Notes: generated by a model not told the origin, from the letters alone. Positions 41,723-52,852 are shown, counted from the stretch's first letter. The stretch is 64,000 bases of DNA from Hydrogenimonas sp. (GCA_015490295.1 WFYC01000073.1:2145-66144); one strand, 5' to 3'. Made by a program: numbers and translations.

Positions 41723-42937
41723 TTAGCGGATTTTATCTCCTGCTATATATATGTTTTCGGCCTCTTTGGTATGCAGAAGCAGCTGCAGAGGCAGATCTTC
41801 GGGAGACTCTACGGGTGCGGGGAGTTTCAGCGTTATAATGTCGGCATGGAGCCCTTTTCGGATTCGGCCCGTTTCGATACCGAGAGCGTCGGCGGCCGTT
41901 GAGGTGGATGCGCACAGAAGCCTTTTCGCCAAAAGGTTGGCATCGGCCTGAGAGTGGAGCATCAGTGCGGCGCGCATCTCGTCCCATAGGCTCAAGGAGG
42001 TGTTGGAGCTGAGTCCGTCGGTTCCAAGAACCCAGGGAATATGCAGTTCGTTCAGCCTCTCCAGCTTCAGCCTACCGCACCCCAGAAGCCTGTTCGATCT
42101 TGGGCAGTGGGTGATACTGTGGCCCGCTTTGGCTATCATTTCAAGAAGATTCTCATCGGCCTGTACGGCATGGGTCAGCAGAGCTCTTTTAGCTTCTATT
42201 AGTTGCAGAAACTCTTCGGGAAAAGAGAGCGGTGTGCTCTGGCCCAGAAAGTTTTCGAAGAAGGGCTTGAAAGGTCCGTTGCCGCTTTCAAGCCACTCCT
42301 TTTCGGCTGGAGACTCCATGAAGTGCGCACTAAGCGGCATATCTTCTGTATCTGAAAGTATCTTCTTTATAAGAACCGGATGCACGGAGTATGGAGAGTG
42401 TATAGCAACAGCAGGGATGAAGCGCTCGTCGCCAAGTTTCCGGCTGCCTTCCAGTCTCTGCATGAAGTCGGCGTACAGAGCATCCACGGCGGCAGGTTGA
42501 GACCCTATGGCCTCATTGAAGAAAACGACTCTCTGGGGGGCCGCTTTGCAGGCTTCCATCTCCAGCCCGTAGCTGCTTACGGCACCGAATGTCGTGATTC
42601 CCGCCTGCAGCATCTGCTCCATCTGGCGCTTGTAGCATCGGGCTCTGCACGCATCCACAAGCTCGTCGCGCTTCTTAATGACGCTTTGAAGCCACTCCAT
42701 GAAATCGCCGTATCTAAGCTCTGTTCTGTTGGCACCGAACTCCATATGAACGTGCGGGTTTATGAGCCCGGGCATCAAAATACTCTGCTTATCACCTTCT
42801 ATCACCTCGGCATCAGGAAAAAGAGAGCATAACCGCTCTTTCGTGTCTACTGCTTCTATTCTGCTGCCGAATGCGACGGCTTTGTCCCTTGAAACCTCTT
42901 CGCCGTCGAACATCCATTCTGTCGAAACTATTTTCAT
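41723..42937 (-). CDS. Metal-dependent amidohydrolase, aminofutalosine deaminase (MqnF)-like
   Basis: PGLINPHVH, HSPYS, HFMES, HCPRSNRLL, GTDG; start MKIVST; divergent from aroQ as for C. jejuni Cj0067. Confidence 0.85.
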   Translation of the reverse strand: MKIVSTEWMFDGEEVSRDKAVAFGSRIEAVDTKERLCSLFPDAEVIEGDKQSILMPGLINPHVHMEFGANRTELRYGDFMEWLQSVIKKRDELVDACRARCYKRQMEQMLQAGITTFGAVSSYGLEMEACKAAPQRVVFFNEAIGSQPAAVDALYADFMQRLEGSRKLGDERFIPAVAIHSPYSVHPVLIKKILSDTEDMPLSAHFMESPAEKEWLESGNGPFKPFFENFLGQSTPLSFPEEFLQLIEAKRALLTHAVQADENLLEMIAKAGHSITHCPRSNRLLGCGRLKLERLNELHIPWVLGTDGLSSNTSLSLWDEMRAALMLHSQADANLLAKRLLCASTSTAADALGIETGRIRKGLHADIITLKLPAPVESPEDLPLQLLLHTKEAENIYIAGDKIR

Positions 42938-43069
42938 ATTTTTAAAATCCGTACTTTCCGATCTTTGCACAGATGCCGCAGAAGCGGCGATCTGAGCGCT
43001 GTTATAGGTTTTAATTAGAATTATGGCAAGTAAAGATAAAATAATAGCTAAAATCTTCAAAGGTAAAGG

Positions 43070-43561
43070 ATGAGTATGAAAATAATGGTAATACAGGGAC
43101 CGAATCTCAATATGCTGGGTCTTAGAGAGCAGAATATCTACGGGCCGATGAAACTTGAGCAGATTCATGAGCAGATGAGAGGGTTTGCGCAGCAAAACGG
43201 CGTAGAGATCGAATTTTTCCAGAGCAACCTCGAAGGAGAGCTGGTCGACAAGATTCAGGAGTGCCTCGGTGATGCCGACGGTATCATTATCAATCCTGCC
43301 GCCTACACTCACACCTCCATAGCGATAAGGGATGCGATAGCGGCGGTTTCCCTGCCCGCCATCGAAGTGCATATTTCAAACGTACATGCGCGTGAAGAGT
43401 TCCGCCGAAAGAGCCTCGTGGCGCCAGTATGTGCCGGCCAGATAGCCGGTTTCGGACCGTTCAGCTACCATCTGGCGATGGTCGCGATGCTGCAGATTCT
43501 AAACGAGATAAAGGCGATGAAAGATATGCAGCAGCAACAGCAGGGTCAGCAGCAGGCTTGA
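43070..43561 (+). CDS. aroQ: Type II 3-dehydroquinate dehydratase
   Basis: [35 protein letters not shown]. Confidence 0.96.
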   Translation: MSMKIMVIQGPNLNMLGLREQNIYGPMKLEQIHEQMRGFAQQNGVEIEFFQSNLEGELVDKIQECLGDADGIIINPAAYTHTSIAIRDAIAAVSLPAIEVHISNVHAREEFRRKSLVAPVCAGQIAGFGPFSYHLAMVAMLQILNEIKAMKDMQQQQQGQQQA

Positions 43562-43562
43562 T

Positions 43563-44585
43563 ATGAACTATATTCTCCGTGACGAAAATGCCGTCTATTA
43601 CGAATGCGGTTACAGCTGTGACAATGCGATTTTCGTCAGTATCGGCAGCGAGAAGTGGTTCATAACCGACAGCCGCTACACTCTGGAAGCGAAAGAAGCG
43701 GTAAGGGGGGCGGATGTAGTGGAGGCTTCGGATCTTTTCTGTGCTTTGCGTTCGCTTTTAAGGAGATCCGCCGCGACGAGGATCGTCTACGACCCCAAAG
43801 AGTGGAGTGTATACGCCATAGGGCAGATTCGCGACAAGCTTACGCATCTGCGTTTCGTTCCGAAGCCCGACTTTTCCCATCGAAAGCGAATTGTCAAGAG
43901 GGAGGACGAGATCTCTCTGCTTAAGAAAGCGGCGCAGCTCGGACGTGAGGGGTTCGACACCTTCGCCAAATATCTCAACCTCTCCGGTTTAGACAGACGC
44001 GAAAAGAGGCTCCATTTCGAAGCTAAAGCGGCGATGAGCGGTTACGGCGAGTTCGAACTCAGTTTCGACCCGATAGTGGCGATCGGAGCAAATGCGGCAA
44101 AGCCTCATGCAGTACCTACGGATAGGGTGCTCAAAGAGGGGGACCTTCTGCTGGTGGATGCCGGACTCAAGTACAAGAGGTACTGTTCTGACAGAACGAG
44201 GACCGTCTTCGTATCGGAAGGGTTCGGCTTCGAAGATGACCAGCGTTTCTCATCGCCCAGGATTCAAAAGGCTTACGATCTGGTTCGCAGTGCCCACGAC
44301 AGGGCCATAGAGAGTGCCAGATCCGGCATGACGGGAGCCCAGATAGACCGGCTGGCTAGGGAGGTGATAGAGAGGGGCGGAATGGGTGAGTTCTTCGTCC
44401 ACTCGACCGGCCACGGCGTCGGGCTTGACATACACGAGATGCCCTACATCTCGGCACGCAGCTCTACAGTTGTGGAAGAGGGTATGGTCTTTACGATAGA
44501 GCCGGGCATATATGTTCCCGGGGAGTTTGGCATACGTATCGAAGATATGGTGGTGATCTCGAACGGAAGGGCGGAGATTCTGTGA
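43563..44585 (+). CDS. M24 Xaa-Pro aminopeptidase
   Basis: TDSRY, DAG...YCSDRTRT, HSTGHGVGLDIHE, TIEPGIY, GIRIED. Confidence 0.92.
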   Translation: MNYILRDENAVYYECGYSCDNAIFVSIGSEKWFITDSRYTLEAKEAVRGADVVEASDLFCALRSLLRRSAATRIVYDPKEWSVYAIGQIRDKLTHLRFVPKPDFSHRKRIVKREDEISLLKKAAQLGREGFDTFAKYLNLSGLDRREKRLHFEAKAAMSGYGEFELSFDPIVAIGANAAKPHAVPTDRVLKEGDLLLVDAGLKYKRYCSDRTRTVFVSEGFGFEDDQRFSSPRIQKAYDLVRSAHDRAIESARSGMTGAQIDRLAREVIERGGMGEFFVHSTGHGVGLDIHEMPYISARSSTVVEEGMVFTIEPGIYVPGEFGIRIEDMVVISNGRAEIL

Positions 44586-45148
44586 CGGCGGAGCCGAAAA
44601 AGGGGCATAGACTCTTTTGCGGTCGCGGTTTCCCGAAGCGCTTTCGGCCTTCGGGCATGAAGCACCGAGCATTGATAGGGATGGGAGGCAATATCGGCGA
44701 GGTCGAAAAACGTTTCGAGAGAGTGTTGCACTACTTTGAAATATCACCTCTTCTCAATCCGGTAGCGACATCGATACTGCTGAAAAACCCCCCCTTCGGC
44801 TACGAAGAGCAGCCCGATTTCATCAACTCCGTAATCCTTGTCGAAACCAGGCTGGGCCCGCATGCTCTCTTGCGATATCTATTATGGGTAGAGAAGCGTT
44901 TCGGCCGCAAAAGGAGTTTTCCCAATGCCCCGAGGAGTCTCGATTTGGATATAATATTTTTTGACAATCTGCAATTGAAGAGCCGGCGGCTCACTATTCC
45001 GCATCCGCATTTTTTCGAGCGCGACAGCGTGATGATACCGCTGCGGTATCTGCAAGCCGGCGGCTACAGGGCGTTTTGCAGCCGACATAGGAGGAGGTTG
45101 GATGAAGTTGATGACTTTTACGGCACCCACACCCGCACAGGCGCTTAA
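44582..45148 (+). CDS. folK: HPPK, 2-amino-4-hydroxy-6-hydroxymethyldihydropteridine diphosphokinase
   Basis: IGMGGNIG, QPDFINSV, PRSLDLDII, LTIPHP. Confidence 0.93.
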   Translation: MTAEPKKGHRLFCGRGFPKRFRPSGMKHRALIGMGGNIGEVEKRFERVLHYFEISPLLNPVATSILLKNPPFGYEEQPDFINSVILVETRLGPHALLRYLLWVEKRFGRKRSFPNAPRSLDLDIIFFDNLQLKSRRLTIPHPHFFERDSVMIPLRYLQAGGYRAFCSRHRRRLDEVDDFYGTHTRTGA

Positions 45149-46424
45149 AGCGGCGCAGCAGGAGTGCGGTGAGGATGCCCTGGTTGTCAGTACCAAACAG
45201 ATCAGAAAGAAGAGTCTAAGCCAGACGGCGCTTTATGAGGTCGTCGTCGCGATAGAAGATACTCCTCCCGAAAAGAGAAAAAAGAGCAAAACCGTAAGAG
45301 CGAAAGAGCCTTCTTTTCAGGAAAAAGGCGTAAAAAAAGATCCGCAAAATGTTCATGAAGATGTATTGGTGAACATTTCGAAAGCGGCGAAAGAGATCTC
45401 TGAAATCGCGAATATCTCCACTCCCGTTCGTGAACGTCCTAAAGTGAAGGTGGAGGTCGAAGAGGATGTAGGCGCCTCTTTCGACAAGAGGATGGAGATG
45501 GAGGAGTTGAAGGATATAAAGGGCGAGCTGCTCAAGCTCTCCGATAAGATCAAGCTCATACAGAATATGGTCTGGGAGGAGAAAAAACCCCTTCAGCCCG
45601 GAGTGATCCCACCCGAGTTTGCCGAAATCTACCGAATCGCAAAAAACAGCGGGATGGATGCGGTTCACCTGGATGAGATAATGCGCCTGACGCTGGAGCA
45701 TATGCCTCTTCAGATGCGCTCTTCGACAAAAACGGTCCGACGCTACTTTAAGACGCTGCTTCGAAAGATGGTACCGATAAGAATCGAACGCGAGTTGGTG
45801 CCGCCGCAGAAGCGGATTCTGATGCTGGTCGGACCTACCGGAGTGGGCAAGACGACCACCCTCGCAAAGCTGGCCGCCAGATATGCATATATGATGGATA
45901 AAAAGTACAAAGTAGGCATAATAACGCTCGATACATACCGAATAGGAGCCGTGGAACAGCTCATGCAGTATGCCAAGATGATGCGCATAGGCATAGAGGC
46001 CGTTGTCGATCCGCCGGAGTTTTTGACGGCCCTGCAGGCGCTCAGGCATATGGATATCATCCTCATAGATACCGTCGGAAGCAGCCAATATGACAAGCAG
46101 AAGATCGAAAAACTGCAGCAGTTTCTCTCTTCCAATACCGACGTCGGGATCGATGTGAGTCTGGTTATGGGTGCGCCTACCAAGCTCGAAGATCTTCGGG
46201 CAATCTACAACAACTTTTCGATACTCGGCATAGATACGCTCATATTCACCAAACTGGATGAAACCAGGGGGTTCGGAAACATATTTTCGCTAGTCTACGA
46301 GACCGAAAAACCTGTCAGCTATCTCTCGATCGGGCAGGAGGTTCCCGATGATCTGATGTGTGCCGACAGCGACTATCTGGTCGAATGTCTGATGGAAGCC
46401 AAGGCCGAGAAGGAGAGGCGATGA
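45102..46424 (+). CDS. flhF: Flagellar biosynthesis GTPase FlhF
   Basis: GPTGVGKTTTLAKLAA, DTYRIGAVEQL, TKLDET, GQEVPDD. Confidence 0.96.
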   Translation: MKLMTFTAPTPAQALKAAQQECGEDALVVSTKQIRKKSLSQTALYEVVVAIEDTPPEKRKKSKTVRAKEPSFQEKGVKKDPQNVHEDVLVNISKAAKEISEIANISTPVRERPKVKVEVEEDVGASFDKRMEMEELKDIKGELLKLSDKIKLIQNMVWEEKKPLQPGVIPPEFAEIYRIAKNSGMDAVHLDEIMRLTLEHMPLQMRSSTKTVRRYFKTLLRKMVPIRIERELVPPQKRILMLVGPTGVGKTTTLAKLAARYAYMMDKKYKVGIITLDTYRIGAVEQLMQYAKMMRIGIEAVVDPPEFLTALQALRHMDIILIDTVGSSQYDKQKIEKLQQFLSSNTDVGIDVSLVMGAPTKLEDLRAIYNNFSILGIDTLIFTKLDETRGFGNIFSLVYETEKPVSYLSIGQEVPDDLMCADSDYLVECLMEAKAEKERR

Positions 46425-47290
46425 GTACGCAGGCAAGCAAGCTTGAAGCTCTGATGGATGCCCACCGCAACGGGAACGGCGGAACCAGGGTTATAGCGAT
46501 TACCAGCGGAAAAGGGGGCGTGGGCAAGAGCACTCTAAGCGCCAATATCTCTTATGTACTTGCATCCCGAGGCTTCAAAGTGGGACTTATGGATGCGGAT
46601 ATCGGGCTGGCCAACCTGGATGTGATGTTCAATGTTCGTGCGCAGAAGAATATTCTTCATGTTCTCAAAGGCGAAGCCGGATTCGAAGATATTGTAATAC
46701 CGCTGGAGGAGAATCTGTACTTGATTCCCGGAGAGAGCGGCGACGAGATACTGAAGTTTTCGGATGCCACGATAGTGAGCCGTTTTATCGACGAGTCTCA
46801 GATGCTCGAAGGTCTCGATTTTCTTATCATAGACACGGGAGCTGGTATCGGAGATACTATACAGATGTTCCTGCGTGCGGCTGACGACGTGGTTGTAGTG
46901 ACGGTCCCGGATCCCGCCGCCATTACCGATGCCTACGCGATGGTGAAGGTGATAAGCAGGATCAAAAGCGATCTATATATGGTGGTGAATCAGGTGCGCA
47001 GCCAGAAAGAGGGGGCGAAGATATTTGATACAATTAAAAAGGTGGCTTCCGGAAATATAGGCGAAGATCTGCAGCTCAGGATGCTTGGTTCGGTACGTTA
47101 CGATGCGCATGTGGCCAGGAGTGTGAAGCAGAGAGTCCTTGCGTGCAAAGAGCTTTCAAATATCGCCCCGGCCGTCGAAATCGAGAGCATTGCGCTGGCC
47201 CTCGCCGACAAAAAGGAACACAAAATGCTTGATAGAGGCAGAGAGGGCGGAATCGGCACCTTTTTCAAAAAACTGCTGGGGCAGTTTTAG
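46421..47290 (+). CDS. flhG: Flagellar number regulator FlhG (MinD-like ATPase)
   Basis: TSGKGGVGKS, DADIGLANLD, IDTGAGI, P.AITDAYA; follows flhF. Confidence 0.93.
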   Translation: MSTQASKLEALMDAHRNGNGGTRVIAITSGKGGVGKSTLSANISYVLASRGFKVGLMDADIGLANLDVMFNVRAQKNILHVLKGEAGFEDIVIPLEENLYLIPGESGDEILKFSDATIVSRFIDESQMLEGLDFLIIDTGAGIGDTIQMFLRAADDVVVVTVPDPAAITDAYAMVKVISRIKSDLYMVVNQVRSQKEGAKIFDTIKKVASGNIGEDLQLRMLGSVRYDAHVARSVKQRVLACKELSNIAPAVEIESIALALADKKEHKMLDRGREGGIGTFFKKLLGQF

Positions 47291-47294
47291 AAGG

Positions 47295-47639
47295 ATGGGA
47301 ATGCGTGAAAGCAACTTTGTCGCTTTTTGGGTGGTCAGCGGTTTCTTTATAGGGCTGCTGGCCGCTTTCATGGGAATGGACGACCCTGTGGCGGTAGTGT
47401 CTGTCGTCTTTTCCGTAACACTCTTTTTTTATCTTTTGGCCCATGTAAGCGTGGCTCTGTTTGTCCGCTTTATGGAGTTTGGAAAGGTACATTTCGAAAA
47501 AGAGGAGTACGACAGAAAGCTCGACTACTTCTACAACCAGCTGCTGCAGCGGGAGAAAGAGCTGGATGCGAACTACGCATATATATCAAAAGATGATGAA
47601 ACATCGGTGCAAGGTGTGAAAAAGGATGGGGAGAGGTGA
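47295..47639 (+). CDS. Conserved two-TM protein between flhG and fliA (Cj0062c-like)
   Basis: Two hydrophobic segments, GFFIGL; conserved slot in the Campylobacterota flhF operon. Confidence 0.75.
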   Translation: MGMRESNFVAFWVVSGFFIGLLAAFMGMDDPVAVVSVVFSVTLFFYLLAHVSVALFVRFMEFGKVHFEKEEYDRKLDYFYNQLLQREKELDANYAYISKDDETSVQGVKKDGER

Positions 47640-48316
47640 TGGTTGAAGGATACGATGCGCATATTCGCCATTATCAGGATGAGATGGCGGTCAAATACCT
47701 GCCGGCGGTCAAAGCGATGGCGTACCGGCTCAAAGAGCGCCTGCCCAGATCGGTAGAGTTTGACGACCTGGTCAGCATAGGCGCGGAGGAGCTTATAAAA
47801 CTGGCAAGACGTTACGACAGAGAGCAGAACGATTCGTTCTGGGGGTATGCGAAAAGCAGGGTATACGGCTCCATGCTCGACTATCTGCGCTCTTTGGATA
47901 TCGTAAGTCGCGCCAACAGAAAGCTTATAAAGCAGATAGACGAGATAATATCCCAATATATGGACGAGTACGGGGTCGAACCGGAAAATGCATATATTGC
48001 CGAGATACTTCAAGAGGATGAACAGAAGATAAAAGATGCTCGTCGTGTTGCTGCGATATATAACGTCATGCCGCTGCACGATCAGCTCGAGAGCAACGAG
48101 AGAGACGCCTTTTCGACTATCGAACAGGAGGAGCTTATAGAGAAGATCATGGATGTGCTCAAAACGATGTCGGAGCGGGACCAGATGATTATCCAGATGT
48201 ACTACTTCGAAGAGCTTACATACAAGGAGATTTCCGAGATTCTGGATATCACCCCGTCGAGAATATCGCAGGTTCACAAGAGGGTGATTACAAAAGTGAG
48301 AGACAGCATAGGATGA
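47636..48316 (+). CDS. fliA: Flagellar sigma factor sigma28
   Basis: RLKERLP.SV..DDLVSIG, GSMLDYLR, YYFEEL..KEI, SRISQ. Confidence 0.95.
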   Translation: MMVEGYDAHIRHYQDEMAVKYLPAVKAMAYRLKERLPRSVEFDDLVSIGAEELIKLARRYDREQNDSFWGYAKSRVYGSMLDYLRSLDIVSRANRKLIKQIDEIISQYMDEYGVEPENAYIAEILQEDEQKIKDARRVAAIYNVMPLHDQLESNERDAFSTIEQEELIEKIMDVLKTMSERDQMIIQMYYFEELTYKEISEILDITPSRISQVHKRVITKVRDSIG

Positions 48317-48320
48317 GACT

Positions 48321-49394
48321 ATGGCAGACATACTGAGCCAGGAAGAGATCGATGCGCTGCTCGAGGCGGTAGAAGATGAAGGGACCCCGGAAGCTTTAGA
48401 GAGTGAAGAGGAGGTATTCGACCAGCGCCAGATCACGCTTTACGATTTCAAGAGGCCGAACCGTGTAAGCAAAGAGCAGCTCAGGGCTTTTAGGGGAATA
48501 CACGACAAGATGGCCCGCTCGCTGGCATCGCAGATATCTTCCGTAATGAGATCTATCGTAGAGATTCAGCTCCACTCCGTAGACCAGATGACCTACGGTG
48601 AATTTCTGATGAGTCTGCCGAGTCCGACCAGTTTCAACGTATTTTCAATGAAACCGCTCGACGGCAGCGGTATCTTGGAGATAAATCCGTCGATAGCTTT
48701 TCCGATGGTCGACCGGCTTTTGGGAGGTGCCGGCGAGCCGTATGAAACTACGAGGGAGTTTACCGATATAGAGCTCAACCTGATGGATTCGATCCTGCGT
48801 ATCATAATGGGAACCCTGAAGGAGGCCTGGGATCCGGTAATAGAACTCTATCCGAACGTCGAGTCCAAAGAGTCCAGTCCGAATGTAATACAGATCGTTG
48901 CACAGAACGAAATCGTCGTGATGGTTGTCATGGAGATCGTAATCGGCCACTCGAGCGGGATGATGAATATCTGCTATCCGGTAATAACTTTGGAGTCGAT
49001 CCTGAACAAACTTGGCAGCCGCGACTTTATGCTTACTGAAACGAGTGCGAAAAAGAGCCGCAACAAAGAGCTAAAGGCTCTGGTAGGCGGTGCACGTGTG
49101 AATGTGAGCGCCTATTTGGGAGAAGCCGAGCTGACTCTCGGCGGACTGCTCTCTTTGAAAAGAGGCGATATAATCAGGCTCAATAGGCCGGCAGACGATA
49201 CGGCCGTGATAAATGCCGACGGTAAGGATCGGTTCATCGGCAAAATAGGTCTTAGGCGCTTCAGGAAGTCGCTGGAAGTTACCGAGTTGATTGTGGATGA
49301 AAAGGATGAGGTCAAAGAGATTTTGCAGCAGATAGAGAACGAGAGACGGGCCAAACTGGCCAAAACACTGAACGAGGAGGTCGTCAATGGCTGA
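48321..49394 (+). CDS. fliM: Flagellar motor switch protein FliM
   Basis: ILSQEEIDALL, YDFKRPNRVSKEQLR, DRLLGG.G. Confidence 0.97.
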   Translation: MADILSQEEIDALLEAVEDEGTPEALESEEEVFDQRQITLYDFKRPNRVSKEQLRAFRGIHDKMARSLASQISSVMRSIVEIQLHSVDQMTYGEFLMSLPSPTSFNVFSMKPLDGSGILEINPSIAFPMVDRLLGGAGEPYETTREFTDIELNLMDSILRIIMGTLKEAWDPVIELYPNVESKESSPNVIQIVAQNEIVVMVVMEIVIGHSSGMMNICYPVITLESILNKLGSRDFMLTETSAKKSRNKELKALVGGARVNVSAYLGEAELTLGGLLSLKRGDIIRLNRPADDTAVINADGKDRFIGKIGLRRFRKSLEVTELIVDEKDEVKEILQQIENERRAKLAKTLNEEVVNG

Positions 49395-50256
49395 CTGGAT
49401 AGAGCTGCTGGCCAGTGAGACGGCCGCCACTATCGAAGGATTGACCGGGCAGCGTCCGGAGGTTACATTCAAAAACCGTGAAGAGGTTACGGATATATCC
49501 AATGTAATAGCACCCATGTCGATCGTTACAATCGATGTAAGTGGGGATCTGTCCGGCAGGATGGCCGTTGCTGTATCTCCCATGATAGGAACCGCGCTTT
49601 CTGATATGATGCTCGGCGGCGAAGGCGAAAGCAAGCACGAGATGGATGCAGACGATCTCGATGCGGTCAAAGAGATCGTCTCGAATATTTTCGGCGGTCT
49701 CTCGACCGCGATGAAGGCCCAGAAGGAGTTTCCGGACCTCTCCTTTTCCGTCAGTGACATACACTTTTACAAAGAGGGTGAAGATATCGACCTGAAAGGC
49801 TATTCGACGTTGCTGGCCTACTCCTTTTCGTTGGGTGTCATAAACGGCATATTCATGACGCTTCTCGATGAAAACCTTGCCTCCCTCGTAGAGGCCGGTG
49901 AGGCAGAGGGGAAATCCGCTCATCCTGAGGTGGCTGTCGACGGTCCGGCCCCTATGGAGAGCTCCGCTCCCGAAATGCCGGAACATCCCGAACTGAAGAA
50001 CATAGGGCTCATTCTCGATGTAAAGCTGCCTCTGCGAGTGCGAATAGGGAGCAAGAAGATGCTGCTGAAAGATGTCCTTTCTATGGATATAGGATCGGTC
50101 ATAGAGCTCGATCAGCTCGCTAACGACCCGCTCGAGATTTTGGTTGACGACAAGGTCGTAGCCTATGGAGAGGTGGTCATAGTCGATGGAAACTTCGGTG
50201 TGCAGATAACCCATATAGGAACAAAGCGCGAACGCCTGGAAAAACTTAAGAGCTAA
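49387..50256 (+). CDS. fliY: Flagellar motor switch protein FliY
   Basis: CheC-like N-domain plus FliN-like C-terminus (GEVVIVDGNFGVQIT). Confidence 0.92.
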   Translation: MADWIELLASETAATIEGLTGQRPEVTFKNREEVTDISNVIAPMSIVTIDVSGDLSGRMAVAVSPMIGTALSDMMLGGEGESKHEMDADDLDAVKEIVSNIFGGLSTAMKAQKEFPDLSFSVSDIHFYKEGEDIDLKGYSTLLAYSFSLGVINGIFMTLLDENLASLVEAGEAEGKSAHPEVAVDGPAPMESSAPEMPEHPELKNIGLILDVKLPLRVRIGSKKMLLKDVLSMDIGSVIELDQLANDPLEILVDDKVVAYGEVVIVDGNFGVQITHIGTKRERLEKLKS

Positions 50257-50446
50257 CCTTAAGCTTTTTTGAAGCGGCTTGGTACTATTATCCGCTCAAA
50301 TTATATTTTTCTATAGTTGGATGCGTTGAATCGACATCTCGTGACCGAATCTGTATCTGTGTGAAGAGAGATTTGTTAAAAGATCTTCAGTCAAGGCGGA
50401 TTGAAGGGCCTCGAGGAGTCCTCGTGCGTATAGTAAGGAGAGACCG

Positions 50447-51475
50447 GTGAATAAAAAGGTTCTGGTTGGAATGAGCGGGGGTGTAGACTCTACCGTGACC
50501 GCCAAACTTCTGCAGGATGCCGGCTATGAAGTCGAAGGTGTCTATATGAAGCTGCACGACAAGCCCGGATATCACGAAGCCAACTTCGCGAAGGTGCAGC
50601 ATGTCGCTGACTATCTTGGTATAAAAGCGACTATGCTCGATCTTTCCAAAGATTTCGACGAAGCGGTCTACAAACCGTTTATAGAGGGATACAAGAGGGG
50701 GCTGACGCCGAATCCGTGCGCAAACTGCAACCGTCTTATAAAGTTCGGAAAGATGATGGAACATGCGAGGAGTGTAGGAGCGGAGCTGCTTGCTACAGGT
50801 CACTATGTAAGGCATGACGGTGAATATATCATAGAGGCTTCGGACGAAACGAAAGATCAGAGCTATTTTCTCTTCGATATCGATAAAAGTATAATTCCAC
50901 ATCTGATTTTTCCGCTCGGTGAGTGGAGAAAAGAGGATGTAAAAGCGTACGCTTCCAAAATAGAGGCTCTAAAAGACTTTGCAACCCAAAAAGAGTCGAG
51001 TGAGATCTGTTTCGTCGAAACGACCTATATCGACGTTTTGAAAGAGCACACGGAAGTGGAGATGCCGGGAGAGGTACTCGATGTGCATGGTAACGTAATA
51101 GGTCACCACAAAGGGTATATGCACTATACGATAGGGAAGCGAAGAGGCTTTTTCGTTCGCGGCGCACATGAGCCCCATTATGTCAAAGAGATCAGGCCCG
51201 AAACGAATCAGATAGTCGTATGCCGCCATGACGACCTGGAGGTCAGGCGCATAAAGCTCGAGCGGGTAAATCTTGTGAATTCACAGAAGAGCTTCTCGTG
51301 TGACGTAAAGGTGCGCTACCGTACGAAGAGGGTCGCGTGTAGAGTTGAAGTGACGGATGACGGAGGAGCGGTAATAGAGCTCGAAGAGCCTGTTTTCGGT
51401 GTCGCGGCCGGTCAGGCGGCGGTTTTTTACAAAGGGAACCGTCTTTTGGGAGGCGGCTGGATAACCACTATTTAA
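50447..51475 (+). CDS. mnmA: tRNA 2-thiouridine(34) synthase MnmA
   Basis: [44 protein letters not shown]. Confidence 0.95.
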   Translation: MNKKVLVGMSGGVDSTVTAKLLQDAGYEVEGVYMKLHDKPGYHEANFAKVQHVADYLGIKATMLDLSKDFDEAVYKPFIEGYKRGLTPNPCANCNRLIKFGKMMEHARSVGAELLATGHYVRHDGEYIIEASDETKDQSYFLFDIDKSIIPHLIFPLGEWRKEDVKAYASKIEALKDFATQKESSEICFVETTYIDVLKEHTEVEMPGEVLDVHGNVIGHHKGYMHYTIGKRRGFFVRGAHEPHYVKEIRPETNQIVVCRHDDLEVRRIKLERVNLVNSQKSFSCDVKVRYRTKRVACRVEVTDDGGAVIELEEPVFGVAAGQAAVFYKGNRLLGGGWITTI

Positions 51476-51509
51476 GAAAAGAAGAGATAAAATTCCATCC
51501 TGCATCTGT

Positions 51510-51586
51510 CGGGGTGTAGCGCAGCCTGGTAGCGCGCCTCGTTCGGGACGAGGAGGTCGAAGGTTCGAATCCTTTCACCCCGACCA
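51510..51586 (+). tRNA. tRNA-Pro(CGG)
   Basis: Acceptor CGGGGTG/CACCCCG, anticodon arm CCTCG-TTCGGGA-CGAGG, T-loop TTCGAAT, encoded CCA. Confidence 0.96.
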
Positions 51587-51888
51587 TCCGTTTTCTACGA
51601 TCGAAACTTCGAAAAGTTCAGATCCTCTTATGCGTATGCAGACCCTTTGCAGAATTTTTTTGCCAAAAGTGCATATAAAGAGTGCGCGGTACCTGTTTCT
51701 GTTTGAAGAATCCCTCTTTTCACACACCTATTTGATGGCCGCATCGAGCGCATTGTCACTTTCTATTGCCTCACCGCCCAATAAATGGCGTTAAAATGGC
51801 TGCAGCTTTCCCGGTCTTATGCCGCACTTTTTAATGTTAAGTCTTTATTGGATATAATTGCGCCAATTTTTATGGTAAGGTATATATT

Positions 51889-52818
51889 ATGCGCGGATAC
51901 AAAATTTTTGCGGGAACCGCTTCCGAGTCTTTCGCCGCTGAGGTGAGCAAATATCTGGATGCACCTCTGAGTGGAGCCAACATAAGCCGCTTCAGCGACG
52001 GCGAGATTGGCTGTCAAATCAGCGAGAGCGTACGCGGGCGAGACGTATTTATAGTGCAGTCTACCGGAGCACCGTCGAACGACAACCTTATGGAGCTTCT
52101 TGTAATGACGGACGCTCTGCGTAGAAGTTCTGCACGCTCCATTACCGCCGTTGTTCCATACTTCGGATACGCCAGGCAGGACAGGAAGGCTGCTCCGAGA
52201 GTTCCGATCACTGCGAAGCTGGTCGCAAACCTGATCCAGGTGGCCGGAATCGACAGGGTCGTCACGATGGACCTTCATGCCGGGCAGATACAGGGATTTT
52301 TCGATATTCCGGTCGACAACCTCTATGGTGCGATCCTCTTTATCAACCATATAAAATCGAAAAATCTCGAAGATCTGGTCGTCGCCAGCCCGGATATCGG
52401 TGGAGTGGCTCGTGCCAGATACTTCGCCAAGCGTCTCGGTGTCGATATGGCTATCGTTGACAAACGTCGTGAGAAGGCCAACGAATCGGAAGTTATGAAC
52501 ATTATCGGGGAAGTCGCGGGTAAAAATGTCGTTTTGGTCGACGATATGATCGATACTGCGGGTACTATAGTCAAGGGTGCCGCGGCTCTCAAAGAGCACG
52601 GTGCGAAAAGCGTGATCGCCTGCTGTACCCATTCGGTACTAAGCGGGCCGGCATATGATCGCCTTCGTGAAGGGGAACTGGATGAGCTGGTCGTTTCAGA
52701 CACCCTTCCTCTTAAAGAGTCGTGTGAAAAGATCACGGTGCTGCCGGCAGCTCCTCTTTTTGCCGAAGTGATCAGGCGAGTCTACCATAACGAGAGTGTA
52801 AACTCTCTCTTCTCCTGA
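51889..52818 (+). CDS. prs: Ribose-phosphate pyrophosphokinase
   Basis: [37 protein letters not shown]. Confidence 0.97.
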   Translation: MRGYKIFAGTASESFAAEVSKYLDAPLSGANISRFSDGEIGCQISESVRGRDVFIVQSTGAPSNDNLMELLVMTDALRRSSARSITAVVPYFGYARQDRKAAPRVPITAKLVANLIQVAGIDRVVTMDLHAGQIQGFFDIPVDNLYGAILFINHIKSKNLEDLVVASPDIGGVARARYFAKRLGVDMAIVDKRREKANESEVMNIIGEVAGKNVVLVDDMIDTAGTIVKGAAALKEHGAKSVIACCTHSVLSGPAYDRLREGELDELVVSDTLPLKESCEKITVLPAAPLFAEVIRRVYHNESVNSLFS

Positions 52819-52852
52819 CGGGGACGGAAAAAGAGCATACAAAAGGTTCCAA

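Noticed and set aside
42938-43372. 145-aa N-terminal extension of the amidohydrolase ORF
   Set aside because: Runs antisense through aroQ and the divergent promoter; family similarity starts at MKIVST
43525-43558. CAG-rich poly-Gln tail of AroQ
   Set aside because: Short, imperfect, in-frame low-complexity tail; no evidence of phase variation
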